A stretch of 64,000 nucleotides of DNA from Octopus vulgaris. Lineage: Eukaryota. The notes under the pieces are model-generated. The model had not been told where the DNA came from. It did not search any database and was given only the letters and a program-made list of their open reading frames with translations. Position 1 is the stretch's first letter. Each line of letters opens with the position of its first letter. This document shows, in pieces, positions 27,461 to 41,570 of this stretch. The stretch is from contig OX597819.1 in assembly GCA_951406725.2 (NCBI GenBank), positions 78,926,001 to 78,990,000 of the forward strand, in the 5' to 3' direction. The position numbers were made by a program, and so were the translations under genes.

Positions 27461-27744
27461 GTATGTGTGTGCTCCTCTGTTTTCTTTTACCCTCTCCATA
27501 TACACATTCTTTTGGAGGGTGGTAGGTGGGGGTTGTCCTCTTCTGATTACTTGTGTTATGCATACACATGCCCCCCTCCCCCACTTTCACATACACACAC
27601 ACATACTCACATTTGAATTTCTCTTGAAAGTTTCATTCCACACTCTTGGCATTTTGGAATTGCCATTTAGACTTGGAAATCACACTTGAAGCACAAGAGA
27701 AGGCCACTTGCACTGTTTGTTGTTGGTGTTGTTGTTGTTATTAG

Positions 27745-28125
27745 CGATGGTATTTAGCCCCAAGTGATCCCTGTTCAAAAACATTTCAGTAATGACCATA
27801 CATTATATAATGTGTCCTTCTTTCTTTATAATAGTATGATGCTATTTGAGAGCGATTTGGCTACTATTTCTACCAGGTCTGGCAACTATATAGAGGCTCT
27901 CTTATTGACCCGTTGTTGTCAGTAATTGTAGTGACAGTCCTGCTGCTGTTCTTTAGTTCTGGGTTAGCATTTATTAGGCAGATCTATATTCAATGCATTC
28001 CAACCACGGCCATCCTTGTATATTTACTTCAAGGGTTATACTGTCAATGTGTTCTATTTTTAAAAGGTGGTTGTAATGTGTGACTCGAGAGACTTGGCTG
28101 CTGTTTCAGGTTGAGCAACTGCAAG
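27745..28125 (+). repeat. Two copies of an unclassified interspersed repeat (family E)
   Basis: TTTAGCCCCA.GT...TTCCA...ACGGCCAT/ATGACCAT...GATTTGGCT.CT.TTTC pattern, with related pieces near 11400-11560 (-), 23795-23920, 48590-48630 (-) and 59285-59520. Confidence 0.5.
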
Positions 28126-28323
28126 TGGCTGTTTTGTTGCAATATACTTTTCCCTTCTTCCCATTGTCTTTGGTCTTCTCCTATCAGTACTGCCCTATAT
28201 TAGTCTATGCCTGTACCTTAGAGGAAATTTTCAAGTTAGAAATTCAATATCTTTAACCGAAACTAGACTATATCACTATTGCCTGTACCTTAGAAGAATT
28301 GTTCGAGTTAAAGTTCAATGTCT

Positions 28324-28539
28324 TTAACCCTTTAGCATTTAGACTGACCATATTCTACCTGTTGTATGTTCAAACTGGTCAGATCCAGCTTCTCACACCT
28401 GCTCTATTAAAGTCATGCTAAAAATAAGAAATCATACTGTCAAAATCTGGAAACAAAGAGATAATGCATGATTAATTCAAAATAATGAGAATAAATAAGT
28501 ATTACATTTGACAGAATAATTAGAATACTAAAGTGTTAA
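28324..28539. mobile_element. piggyBac-like MITE, family D
   Basis: TTAA-CCCTTTAGCATTT...AATACTAAAGTG-TTAA. Confidence 0.8.
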
Positions 28540-29319
28540 AGGTTCAAATGCCATTGAAGTCAAATTTGTTTTTCATCCTTTGGGATTGATAAAAGTACCA
28601 TTGAAATACAATGGGGTCACTTGAATTAGCTACACTTTTCTGATAGTTTTTTTTTTTTCCTGCTGCTTTCATGCTTTATCATGATTCTCTGTCGCCATCC
28701 AATTCCATTATTATGAATTTGATTTGGGAACCTAAATCATAATGAGTCTTTCATTTGCTGATTACACAACCATGGATGCCACCCCTATGGACGCATAGCA
28801 GTTACTCTCTTGATAGAGCTTTGTGACCCTGATTGTTGATTTCTTGGATTCCCCCACTCAGCATCAATGTAATAAGCACCATTAGCTCAGCTGAGCTCTT
28901 TCACTATCTCTTCTCAACCCATCATGCTCCAGTCCCATGACCCTGCCATATTTCTGGCAGGGTGGCTGAACGGGTGCTATGCCTTGCCAAAGGGCAACAC
29001 GTAACTATGCATGGCATGGTATTCCTTCCATGAGGTATTTTCAAATTACCAACATACTGCTAGATTAGACATGACTAAATTCTTACTCTTTGGAGTCCCT
29101 TGATTTACATTCCAGGCAGCACTCTAATTCCTGTGAATGCGCCACAAGATTCTTCATATAGTTGTTTCCAATTATATAAGCAATCAATTTGACTGTGTAC
29201 ACAGTAAACAACAGAGTCTAGAGGGAGCCTGATAAGTTGACAAGCTGGAAATAGTAACGATAGTCTTGCCATCTTCAGAAAGGACACAAATGTAAATTCT
29301 TGATATCTTTTATTATTTT

Positions 29320-29527
29320 TTTACCTGTTTTAGTCATTTGACTGTAGCCATGCTGGTGTTTTAGTCAAACAAATCAACCCAAGGACTTATTCTTTGTAAA
29401 CCTAATACTTATTCTATTGGTCATTTTTGCCAAACTGCCAAGTTACAGAGATGTAAACACACCAACATCAGTTGTCAAGTGATGGTGGTGGTGGTGCTGG
29501 TGGGAACAAACACAGACACAAGCACAA

Positions 29528-29568
<41 letters not shown>

Positions 29569-30085
29569 GCTTCTTTCAGTTTCTGTCTACCAAATACACT
29601 CACAAGGCTTTGGTTGGCCTGAGGCTGTAGCAGAAGACACTTACCCAAGGTGCTATACAGTGGGACTGATCCCAAAACTATGTGGTTGGAAAACAAGTTT
29701 GTTACCTCACAGCCATGCCTGTATTTCTATTATTTTTTTCTTCTTTCAGCCAGTGGACCACTGTCCAAAAGGGCCAAATTGAAAACATTGATCCTAGTAC
29801 TTAATTCTTTAAGCCTGGTAGTTATTTATCAGTCTCTTTTGCCAAGCTGCCAACTCACAGGAATGTAAACAAACCAACACCACTTGTTGAGTGGTAGAGG
29901 AGCAAACACGCACTCACACTATCACACACACATTTTGGGCTTCCATACAGTTTCCATCTACCAAATTCACTCACTGGGCATTATTCAGCTCAGAGCTATA
30001 GTAGAAAATACTTGCTTAAAGTGCTGCATAGTAGGACTGAACCTAAAGCCATGAGGTTGCAAAGCAAGGCTCTGACTACAGGCAT
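29320..30085 (-). mobile_element. Two tandem family A SINEs (29320-29720; 29740-30085)
   Basis: Reverse-complement tail, core and head motifs present twice. Confidence 0.85.
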
Positions 30086-30659
30086 TTTCACTCATTATGA
30101 AAATGGAAACTTCCAGAATCCTTTTAATTCCTATCAAATCAAATAAATGTTCAATTTCATGTTACATGAAGTATGTATATGATAGTAGACAGGACTTGGA
30201 AATCCCATTGAAATGCTTCTTAATCTACTTGAGGACTTCCTGAGCCTTTTGCCACATTTGCCGCATCTAGTGCCCGTCTTATTAAACCTCATCAGCAAAG
30301 CATAGTTTTTTTTTTGTTTTTTTTTTCAAACCTACTCAATCATTCCAGTAGACTAAGAATTTTACAAGCAACAAAATGAGTTCTGAACAGTTTTAGTAAT
30401 TTATACAAAGGTAAAAAAAAAAAAAAAATCCACATGAGACAAGGGAAATAATTCAAGTGAGCCCATTGTTTTGCTTGAGGAAAATTCTGGTAGGTGGTGG
30501 TTCTTAAGATGATATTGATAGTAAATTCTCAATGAATTAAAATTAGGCTCGTGGTTGGAGAAAGAAATCAAAAAAGGTTTCTGTTTTTTTTTCATGGCCC
30601 ACATATAATTTTGCAGAAAATAGTGTTTTCATGCTTAGGGGAAAATCTGTGATTGTATG

Positions 30660-30663
<4 letters not shown>

Positions 30664-30737
<74 letters not shown>

Positions 30738-30798
30738 GTGTGTGTATTTGCACACATATATGTACACATTTATGTATGTATACATACATATATGTATA

Positions 30799-30857
<59 letters not shown>

Positions 30858-30910
30858 ATTTGCACACATATATGTACACATTTATGTATGTATACATACA
30901 TATATGTATA

Positions 30911-30955
<45 letters not shown>

Positions 30956-31125
30956 GTTATGCATATATACATACATATATATATATACACGTATGTATAT
31001 ATTAGACCCTGTGTTTATATGTACAATACAGATATATATACAATAAATTTACATGATGTAAATATACAAACATTTGTCTTATTTCTCTTGTATGTGTATA
31101 TATAGTTATTTACATGTGTATGTGT

Positions 31126-31180
<55 letters not shown>
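30664..31180. repeat. Compound (TA)n microsatellite with a duplicated ~70-bp unit
   Basis: Long (TA)n runs; TGTGTATTTGCACACATATATGTACACATTTATGTATGTATACATACATATATGTATATGC occurs at ~30741 and again at ~30853. Confidence 0.9.
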
Positions 31181-31182
<2 letters not shown>

Positions 31183-32385
31183 TTACATATGTGTGTATGT
31201 ATTCTTACATATGTACACATGAAAGGCAACGAAGCAAAAAAACAAAACTAATAGATTCAGAGTAGATGTAACAACAACAAAACAACAACAATAATAATAA
31301 TAATAACAATAATAAAAAAGGACCACACAGATGTGGAATTTCTTATGTCCCTTGATGCATTCATTAATATGTAAATAGCTACCTGCAGGTGACCCGGAGT
31401 CAACATACTTACCATTTGACATCACCTCAATGAATTATAGATTATCTTGCTCATGTTGTTTGTCATTATTGTTGTTGTTGTGCTTCTTGCTTATTTTTTT
31501 CCCCCTTTCTTTGGTATGGTGGGTTTTTTTTTTCACTGTTTTTGTTTCGTGTGTATATGTGTGTGAGTGTGTGCTGGAATGCCACTGTAAGCCCTACCCC
31601 ATTTCCTGTTATTCATGTGTGTGTTTGTATTCACATGTATATATATATATATATATAGATAGATAGATAGATAGGTATGTATGTATATGCTTGTTATACA
31701 TATGTATGTTATATCTTAGTGTGTTGTTATGATCAATCCCTGACTTGACAATTGCTGTCGCCATCGCCATCTATAAGACAGATATCACTAATATCAAAAA
31801 CAACAGACTTAGCTATAATAATAATAATAATAATAATGATGATGATGATGATGATGTATCATTGCAGTGATAACTGTCTTTATCTTCCTTTTTTTTTTTT
31901 TTTTTACCTTTTTCTCTTTTTTTTTTGTTTGTTTCATATCACTTGTTCCAAAACTAGCAGCCTTGGTCATTTAACAAATGCAGCTCTGCCTCCGCTCCCC
32001 CACAACTCCCCGACCCTTTTACTCCAATAACAACAACAATTACTATCACTGTTTTCTGTCTATATCTTTGTTTGTTATAAATAATAATGACGAGAAGAAT
32101 TCTATTTATTATTCTCCTCCTCCTCCTCCTTTCTGCTCTGCCGCCTCACCTTCTTTGTCTTTTACTCATCTTTTACTCTGCTTCTTATATTCGGCATTAC
32201 GTTCTGTGTCGTCTTCTTTTCCAACCACGCGCCCACCTTCTGCCGCCTCCATCCTGCAAAACACATGCACATGCTTGCATCCACATCCACATATTGTGTG
32301 TGTGTGTGAAGTTTGGCGTTCCATGTCCTCCTGAAAAACTGTCTCTCAGACAAATATGACATATGCAGTATTAAAAGCCTTCAAC

Positions 32386-32449
<64 letters not shown>

Positions 32450-32813
32450 ACACACATTGCTTCTTTTTCTTTTCCTTTCTAATTGTCGGTTTCATTCTGC
32501 ATTTCTTCCTTGCTCTCCTTTACTAGTTTAAGCTTTTTTTTTTCTTTTTCTTCTTCCTCACATTTCTTTGTTCTTTTTTTATTTATTTACTATATCTTTT
32601 TTGCCTACCTGAACTTGTTTTTATTTCTACTTTCTTATATTTACCTGTTTTTTTTTTAGGCTTTTCCCTTCAATTTTTTTTCTTCTTTGCTGAGTTTTAC
32701 TTTTATTTTTCTTCAATCATTTCTGTGTTGTATATTTTATCTGTCTAATATAGCTATCAAATTTAGCTGTCTCCCTATCTATCTTTTTTTTCTGTTTTTC
32801 CATTTATTCATAG

Positions 32814-32876
<63 letters not shown>

Positions 32877-33524
32877 ACTATCTACCTTTACGTCTGGCTG
32901 TATATCTGTTTGTCGATGGATCTAACTATTAATCAACATGTCTACCTATCAACTAATTGCACCCTCACACACACACACACACACTGACACACAAACACAT
33001 GCATCACCATACGCTTGTACTCTCTCAGCACCACCACTTTCCCAATAGATTCCAATCGCTCCATCAGACATACCTGCCCCACCGTTGTTCACACCCTTGC
33101 CACCAAACTCCACCACCTCAGAACACTACCCTTCCACCCACCTGTGAGCAACTTGCAGATAGAGGTTCATCTCCCTAACAGTAATCAATCAAGGCAATTT
33201 GACTTATTAAGGTCCTTTGTTATCGTCGCCATCATTCCTCTTTGCCATCCCCCCCTTATCCTCCTCCTCCTCCTCTTCTCATTGCCTCTGTCATCTTCAT
33301 TTGTATCCTTGTTGTCATCATTGTTGTTATACTCACCTGTTCCTTTGTTTCCAGGCTTTACTCTCACATTGTCCCTTTGTTCCTCTCTTACTTCCTTGTC
33401 AATCATCATCTCTCTCTCTTTCTCTCTCTCTCTCTCTCACTTTCTTTCTCTCTCTCCTTCTCTCTCCCCTATGTCTTCTGAGATGCTCACCTCCCTCCAA
33501 CATCCTCTCACATTGTCATATACT

Positions 33525-33665
33525 TTCTTCTTCTTCTTCTCCTTCTTCTTCTTCTTCTTCTTCTTCTTCTTCTTCTTCTTCTTCTTCTTCTTCTTTTCCT
33601 TCTTCTTTTCCTTCTTCTTCTTTTCCTTCTTCTTCACCTCTTCTTCTTCTTCTTCTTCCTCCTTT
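33525..33665. repeat. (TTC)n polypyrimidine microsatellite
   Basis: About 140 bp of nearly pure TTC/TCC repeats. Confidence 0.95.
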
Positions 33666-35286
33666 TAATCATTTTAGTCTGAGCCACATACACACATCAC
33701 TACGGTCACCATCATCACTGCCACCACCACCACCACCACCACCATCACAGTGCAATACCTCACTCTTTTTATGATTGCATACATCTACACCTTGAAGGGC
33801 TTCTTTGCCTGCTTTGGACAGCCAAGTGTAATTTTGGCTCTATAATCAATCAAAAATAACAAAACATGTAGCATGGCGCGAGCACATGCACACACACACA
33901 CACACACTAACACATTCACGCACGCATACACACACACACACACACACACGTGACAATCCACTTGCCCCTTTACTTCCATCGATCATTTAGAAATATTGAG
34001 AAGACAGAGAAGCGAAAGCAACAACAACAACAGTAATAATAATGTAGAACAGTGATGGTGGTGGTGGTGGTGGCGGTAGTGGTGATGGTGTTTATATGAA
34101 GAACAATAATGAGAGAACACTAAGAGCCACCATCATCATTAACGACCATGTCGTTAAAAATAAATAAATGATATCTGGCTACTGCACCACCCCCACGGCT
34201 ACCTGCCATCCTTATAATAATAATAATAATAATGATAATAACAATAATGAATGATAATGAGAATGATGGTACGGGCGTTGGTGGTGGTGGTGACTGATGA
34301 TGATGATGATGATGATGATGCAGGTGATAGTGTTATGATAATAGTGGTGGTGGTGGTGGTGGTGATGTTGTTAGTAATATTTGTTTCTTTAATGGTGATG
34401 ATGATAACAACAGTCAAACAACAATCATCATCACCAATCACCACACCAATAACAAAAAGCAACAGCAGTAAGAACAATAATAATAATAAGAAGAAGAAGA
34501 ATGAATATATCAAAAATGGGGGGGAAAAAACTAATAATAATAATACTAATGTATTATACTGATAATAGCATTGATGACAACAATAATAACAATAATAATA
34601 AGAAGAAGAATAAGAATAATGATAATATAAATACATAACAACCACCACCACCACCACCATAATAATAATGATGATGATGATGATAATAATAATAAGTGAA
34701 AATCAATAGATGTGTTAGTTGTCTAGATAGCATATTGAGGGAATGTTTATATTGAAGTCATTTCCCATAGTCCCCGACATCATCTAAACTAAATTAACGA
34801 GTGTATCCATTTTTCTGCCAATGGTTCGCTTTGAGCGGAATGACAGCGTTCTATAGAAAACTGTAAAACTGATTGAGCCTGTCATATTGTCAATATTGTG
34901 CCGAATGCCCACTCAGATGCCTTGACACTTTTCACGTCTGTTAACATGATCGGTTCTCCAGAGACGAGATGCTGATAGATGGAAGCGATGCTTCTTGTTG
35001 GCTTGTTTGCATTGAAGATGTTTACACAGAGACACACACACACACACACACATACGCACGCATGCTTGCACATGCATGCAACATATATGTATGTATGTGT
35101 GTATATGTATGTATGCATATAAATGTATATATGCTTATGTTTAGAAACGTGTAAGTATGCATGTATATATATATATATATATACACACACATACACATAT
35201 ATATAGATATATATCTACACACACACACACAGATATATATATATATATATAAATGGACGTTAAACGAGATGATGATGATGATGCAC

Positions 35287-35352
<66 letters not shown>

Positions 35353-35480
35353 CACACACAAATATACATATGTATATATGTGTGTGTGTATACATATATA
35401 TATATATAAACGCACACACACACAAATATACATATGTATATATGTGTGCGTGTATACATATATATATATAAACGCACACA

Positions 35481-35532
<52 letters not shown>

Positions 35533-36339
35533 GTATATATGTGTGTGTATATATTGTATATAGATGTGTTTTACATGCATATGTGTATATGTAAAGGAAA
35601 AGAAAGGACAGACAATGAGAAATGGTGATGTTGTTCTTGTTGTTGATTGTGGTGTTTTGGTTGTGGTGCCATTGGTTTTAAGCGATGGTGATGCTTGCTC
35701 ATCATAAAAATGGTGATATCAATGGAAGTGGGTAATGGTGAGAATAACAATGGCAGCAACAATGATAACAGTGTGGATGTCGATGATGATGATGATGATG
35801 ATGATGTGAGAAGGAAGAAACGGTGGTATGGTGGCTCTAATAATGACGTGGCTGTCGTTGATGATGACGACGATGATGATGATGAAGAAATGGTGACGGT
35901 GGTTGTGGTGGTGGTGGTGGTGGTGGTGGACAAGGATAGATACAAGGGAAATTAGTGACAACTACGATGATGTAAAGAATGGTGTCATGATGGTGATGAT
36001 GATGAAAATTATGTTTGTAATGATGAGAGTGATTGCTGTGATGTGGGGGTGAAATACATGACGGCAATGTTTATGATGATAAAGAGGAGGAGGAGGAGAA
36101 AGAGAAGGTAAGAAATAATAATGAATTTGTGATTATTGGTAGTGACTGAAAAACATGATGATGGTGATTGTGGAGGTATTTACCTCTCTCTTCCTCCATA
36201 CCATTTTTCTTTCACCTTTTTTCCCTTTGTTTTTACTCCTTCACTTAACACACCACCCTTCTTCCATATTGCTAAACTACCATTTGCACTAAATTTCAGA
36301 TGTTACCTTTTTTGTTTGTGTGTCTTTGTTCACCACCAC

Positions 36340-36378
<39 letters not shown>

Positions 36379-36435
36379 CATTATTATTATTATTATCATC
36401 ACCATCATCATTATCATCGTTGTAATAAAATTAGT

Positions 36436-36840
36436 GAAGGCACATGGCTCAGTGGTTAGAGCGTCGATCTTACGTTCGTGAGGTTGTGAGTTTGATTCCC
36501 AAATTGGGCTGCATGTTGTGTTCTTGAGCAAGACACTTTATTTCATGTTGCTCCAGTTCATTCAGCTGTAGAAATAAGTTGCAACATCACTGGGGAGCCA
36601 GTTGATTAGATCGACTCCAGTACGCAGCTGGTACTTCATTGATGCCAAGCTGTATTGACATTTGCCTTTCCTCTGGATAACATCGGTGGCATGGAGAAGT
36701 GAGGCTGGTATGCATGGACAACTGCTGGTCTTCCATAAAAACAACCCTAGGTTGTGCGTTTGCCAGTGAGGCGACTTTCCGTCCAGACTTGTACTCGAAA
36801 GGGGAACCTCTTAGATGTACCCATGGTCATTCGTGACCAC
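36436..36840 (+). mobile_element. Family B tRNA-derived SINE
   Basis: GAAGGCACATGGCTCAGTGGTTAGAGCG (A-box), GAGTTTGATTCCC (B-box), TGTGTTCTTGAGCAAGACACTT central domain. Confidence 0.88.
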
Positions 36841-37517
36841 CGGAGTTGAATTTTTTTAAATAATAAAATTAGCACCAGTTGAACACTAGGGTCAATGTAA
36901 CTGTCTTATCCCCTCCCACAAAATTTGCTGACCTTGTGCCAAAGTTTGAAGTTGCTGTTGTTGTTGTTAAGGTGGCTACCTGGCTAATTTGTTAACACAC
37001 TGGACAAGATGCTCATCGGTAGTAGTTGACTTAACCGCTTCCCCCAAAATTGATGCAGCACTGCCTTAAAGGCTTTTAGTTGAACAAATTGACCCCAGGA
37101 CTTATTCTTTCAAAGCCTAGTACTTTTTCTATTAGTTTCTTTTGCCGAACCACTAAGTTACAGGAACATAAACTCACCAACACCAGTTGTCAAGCAGTAG
37201 GGCAGTGGGACAAACAAAGACACAGACACAGAGGCATTACATACATGCACACACACCTACACACGCGCGCACACACACACTCACACACACACACACATGA
37301 CTGCTGTTATTTTCTGCTGCTATATCTAAATATGCTATTTTCCATAGACATGCACACAGACATACATGCAGTTGCATTTCTAATAAACTTGCACCTGCAC
37401 CTGCAGGTATACATGTGCATTCACACAGGTACTGGCTGTTAGATGCATTTAGAAAATACAAGCGATGTGCATAACTATATACAGAAGCAGACGTGCACAT
37501 ACACCCATGCAAACAAA

Positions 37518-37556
<39 letters not shown>

Positions 37557-37649
37557 ACATATATTCAGTCAGAGCTTTAGGCACACAATACCTGTTTTGC
37601 ACACATGTACACAGAAACAAAATTCTCTGAAGCCACACAAGAATACAGC

Positions 37650-37885
37650 CTCTCTTTCTCTCTCTATCTATCTCTTTCCATTTCACTTCCTCCTTCTCCC
37701 TTGTTCTCTCTCTCTCTCTCTATCTATCTCTTTCCATTTCACTTCCTCCTTCTCTCTTGTTCTCTCTCTCTCTATCTATCTCTTTCCATTTCACTTTCTC
37801 CTTCTCCTTTGTTCTCTCTCTCTCTCTCTATCTATCTCTTTCCATTTCACTTTCTCCTTCTCCCTTGTTCTCTCTCTCTCTCTCA
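37650..37885. repeat. Pyrimidine-rich minisatellite, about 4 x 55-60 bp
   Basis: Unit (TC)nTATCTATCTCTTTCCATTTCACTT.CTCCTTCTC..TTGT repeated four times. Confidence 0.9.
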
Positions 37886-38596
37886 CCCACACACACACAC
37901 ACACACACAAAACACCTTATCATTCTTCCCTGTCTGACACACAAACACATACTTTTACACACATACCAACACACACCTTCACACTCACACACAGATCTCC
38001 TACACACATGCACATAGAAATGCAGTTTCATGCATTGCAAAACATGCATAATTTTGCAAGTGCACACATATACAGTTTTAAATGCTCAGTCATACACGCA
38101 TATAAAGTACATTCTTCTGATCTTAGGTGCACACACACACACACACAATAACCTTATGCAAATGCAATCCTACACACATACACAAATACAATCTTACACA
38201 CCCAAATAGTTTTATGTAGACTCTTATACACACACACACACACACACTTGTAACATAGTTATGTACTCATTCTAGTACATAAACACGCACACGCATATAC
38301 CAGCAGTGCACTCATTTGATATATAAGGAGATATGTTGTCCGGTAATTCCAGTTCAGTGTTGTTTGTTTTATTGGTTGATTGACAAACTGAAGTATTTGT
38401 TATGTAAGTCTTGAAGATACGTCCTCTGCAGAACTCTTGGAATACGGTCTGATGTCCTGTCTTTGAGACAACATTGCCTTTTTTTTTTTTTAGTTCCTCC
38501 TGTCTTCTCAATGTCATACATTAGATATATGTGTGTATTGTGTATATGTAAACATACATACACTCACACACACACACACACACATATATATACATC

Positions 38597-38650
<54 letters not shown>

Positions 38651-38724
38651 TACATATATATATACATATATACACATACACACACATGCATATATATGTA
38701 CACATATATATATATATACATGCA

Positions 38725-38791
<67 letters not shown>

Positions 38792-39252
38792 TCACACACA
38801 TACATTTATTGTCTGTTGCAAGATGTTAGTTCAATCTCAACAAGTGTAAGCTCTGAGGTTGTAGTTTGTTTAGGTATTTTATTGTTGTTGTTGTTGGTGG
38901 TGTGATAAAGTAGGGGTCAGCTCTCTCCGAGCACTGTCACTGGCCTGGGCTTCATTTCCTGTTTCGAGCTGTTTCATCACTTTGTAACACACTTTCTTGG
39001 ATATTGTCTCTCACTGATGTCAGAAGCTGTGCATGTCAGAAATTCTTGTTGTTTTATCTAAAACTTCATCACCACCATTACCATAAGCTCTGAGATTATC
39101 TCAAGCTAGTGAGAGAAAACATGTATGTTTTTTTTTTTTTTGCTTTTTTTTCTTGTTTTCTCTTTTCTTTGTAATTCTGGTGGGCAGCCAGTGTTCATGG
39201 CCTTCAAGAACCTCTTCAAGACTTTTGTATAGAGGGAGGGAACAAGCTATCC

Positions 39253-39479
39253 ATAACCCTATAGCATTCAGATTTTTCTGTCAAATGTAACGCTTATTTA
39301 TTCACATTATTTTGAATTAATCACTCATTATCCTGTAGCTTTGAGATTTTGGTGAAGTGATTATTTATTTTTAGAATAAATTGTAGGGCAGGTCTGAGAT
39401 GTTAGATCTGGCCAGTTTGAACATAAAACACATGAAATATTTATGCCTGTTATGGCCAATTTAGATGCTAAATAGTTAA
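39253..39479. mobile_element. piggyBac-like MITE, family D
   Basis: TAACCCTATAGCATTCAGA...GATGCTAAATAGTTAA. Confidence 0.75.
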
Positions 39480-39542
39480 ACCAAAAATCTGACCTGAATA
39501 CTTTGTACAGGAGTGGACTCCACTAAAAGCATCAACACCTGC

Positions 39543-39772
39543 TTAACCCTTTTGTTACCATATTTATTTTGAGATGCTCTGTGTTTCATTCAATTAATTT
39601 TAAGTGTAACAAAGAATTTAGTGAAAGAACTTAGTTATCATTAAGCTAGTGTTGGGAACATAAATTGTGACTAAGGTTTGGTGGAAGATATAAATTCAAT
39701 ACTTATGAAAACAAGACATTTGTACTACAGAGCCAGAGGTGGTTTTGGCCGGGTTGGTATCAAAAGGGTTAA
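39543..39772. mobile_element. piggyBac-like MITE, second family
   Basis: TTAA on both sides; TIRs CCCTTTTGTTACCA / TGGTATCAAAAGGG match at 13 of 14; a degenerate relative lies at ~12236-12445. Confidence 0.85.
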
Positions 39773-40222
39773 CTCTTTAGCTTTCAAACTGACCATATCT
39801 GGCCTAAATATTCCACCTGTTTTGTGTTCAAACAGACTAGATCTAACTCCTTACACTTACCTTACATTCATCATCATCATCATCATCGTTTAGCATCCGC
39901 TTTCCATGCTGGCATGGGTTGGACGGTTCAACTGGGGTCTGGGAAGCCAGAAGGCTGCACCAGGCCCAGTCTGATCTGGCAATGTTTCTACGGCTGGATG
40001 CCCTTCCTAACGCCAACCACTCCGTGAGTGTAGTGGGTGCTTTTTACGTGCCACCGGCACTGGTGCCAGGCAAGGCTGGCAACCGGCTACGATCGGATGG
40101 TGCTTTTTACGTGCCATATAGTCACATTAAAATCTCAAAGCTACGAGATAATACAAGATTAATTCAAAACGATGATAAATAAGCATTACATTTGACGGAG
40201 AAATCTGAATGCTAAAGGGTAA
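39769..40222. mobile_element. Family D MITE interrupted by an RTE 3' fragment (39868-40117, minus strand)
   Basis: MITE left part 39769-39866 and right part 40118-40222 (...GAATGCTAAAGGGTAA); the insert closely matches the reverse complement of 2690-2874. Confidence 0.85.
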
Positions 40223-41229
40223 GAGACTTTATTAGTGAAAATTACTTCATCATTGAAGTAGTGTTCTCTAAAAATATTCTAAAACTTACGTATGTAAGGA
40301 ATGGAAAACTTTTCCAATAACAGATACAAGAAACCTACTACTAGAATAAAGATTCTGTAATTTACAATTTTAGCCAACAACTTTTTTGTTATAGCTTGGT
40401 CTATACATTCAGGACTGGCCTAGGCTTAGATACCAACGATACCAGCAGCAGCCTTGTCATAATTGTTTGAGGTTGAGAGGATTCTAAGATCTTCATTTCT
40501 TCATTTAATGTCTTTTATTTTTCTTTCCATGCTAGCATAGATTTAGATAGAATTGTGTTTGAGACAGCTCTTCTTGTGGCTAACCTTTTTTACTGTTTCC
40601 ATGTAAAGGACTTTTTTTTTTATTCCAAAGGTCTTTGAAAGCAGAACGTGAATAGTCATGGTACTTGTCTAGGAATGTCAGTATCATCACTGCTTGACTC
40701 AATTGGTAACAAGTGTGGAATATCAATATTCATACATGCATACACACACATACACATACACACCTCACTGATGTGAAACTTGAGCCAAGATACAAACATT
40801 CACTTTCAAGAAGCCATGTCGTCTTGAACATGATTGAATTCTCCTTTCTTATTCATTCAATGTAATCTATATGTATGTGTGTGTGTGTGTGTATACATGT
40901 ATGTATGTCTTTATATTTTTCTTGATTCAGTCATTATACAATGTGTGTGCATACACACACATAGATAAATAGATAGATAGATAGATAAACAGACAAACAG
41001 GCACACACACATACACCTATGCTAACGGCTTCCTGCAGTTTCCAGTTATCAAATTCCTTCACAAGACATTCCCTAGTGCAAGAGAACTTGAGAGCATTTT
41101 ATACACAACTACTTTGAAACCATCAACTTATAAATATTTGCACACATATTTGTGTTACTAAATGATTAACAAATAATGTTCAAAAGCCAGAATATTCAGT
41201 TTTCAGGCCAAAAAAATGACCTTCTAATG

Positions 41230-41570
41230 CAGTGGTTCTCAACCAGGTTCCATATAGCCACTGAGGATCCATTTAAGATATTGTGGGGTCCGTGCAACAA
41301 AGTAAATTAGGGATCCACAATAGTATTTTTTTAAGGGTCCCTGAACAAAATTTTGCTTTAGGTTTGTGTATTGGTATATATTACAAGAAACAACCAGGTT
41401 TCCATCTCTAACATTTTAAATAGTTCAACCTACACACGTTAATGTATGAAAAACAAAACAGGAATATTGAAAGTGGTTTCTATTAAAATAGTTTGAATGG
41501 CTATCAAGGTCCACCAGAATAAATTAGCAATCAAAGGGGTCCATAGATAAAAAATGGTTGTCAATCCCCA
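41230..41570. mobile_element. hAT-superfamily MITE (Charlie/MER5-like termini)
   Basis: Left TIR CAGTGGTTCTCAACC, degenerate right TIR GGTTGTCAATCCCCA, perfect 8-bp TSD TTCTAATG at 41222-41229 and 41571-41578. Confidence 0.9.

Noticed and set aside
28720-29100. Possible ancient LINE RT remnant (FAD.TT-like) or exon
   Set aside because: A single short motif with no supporting frame or splice pair.
33015-33774. Poly-Ser/Phe/Pro ORFs
   Set aside because: Products of the (TTC)n and (CCA)n tracts.
36436-36510. Possible tRNA gene
   Set aside because: A and B boxes are present but there is no acceptor stem; it continues into a SINE body and is multi-copy.
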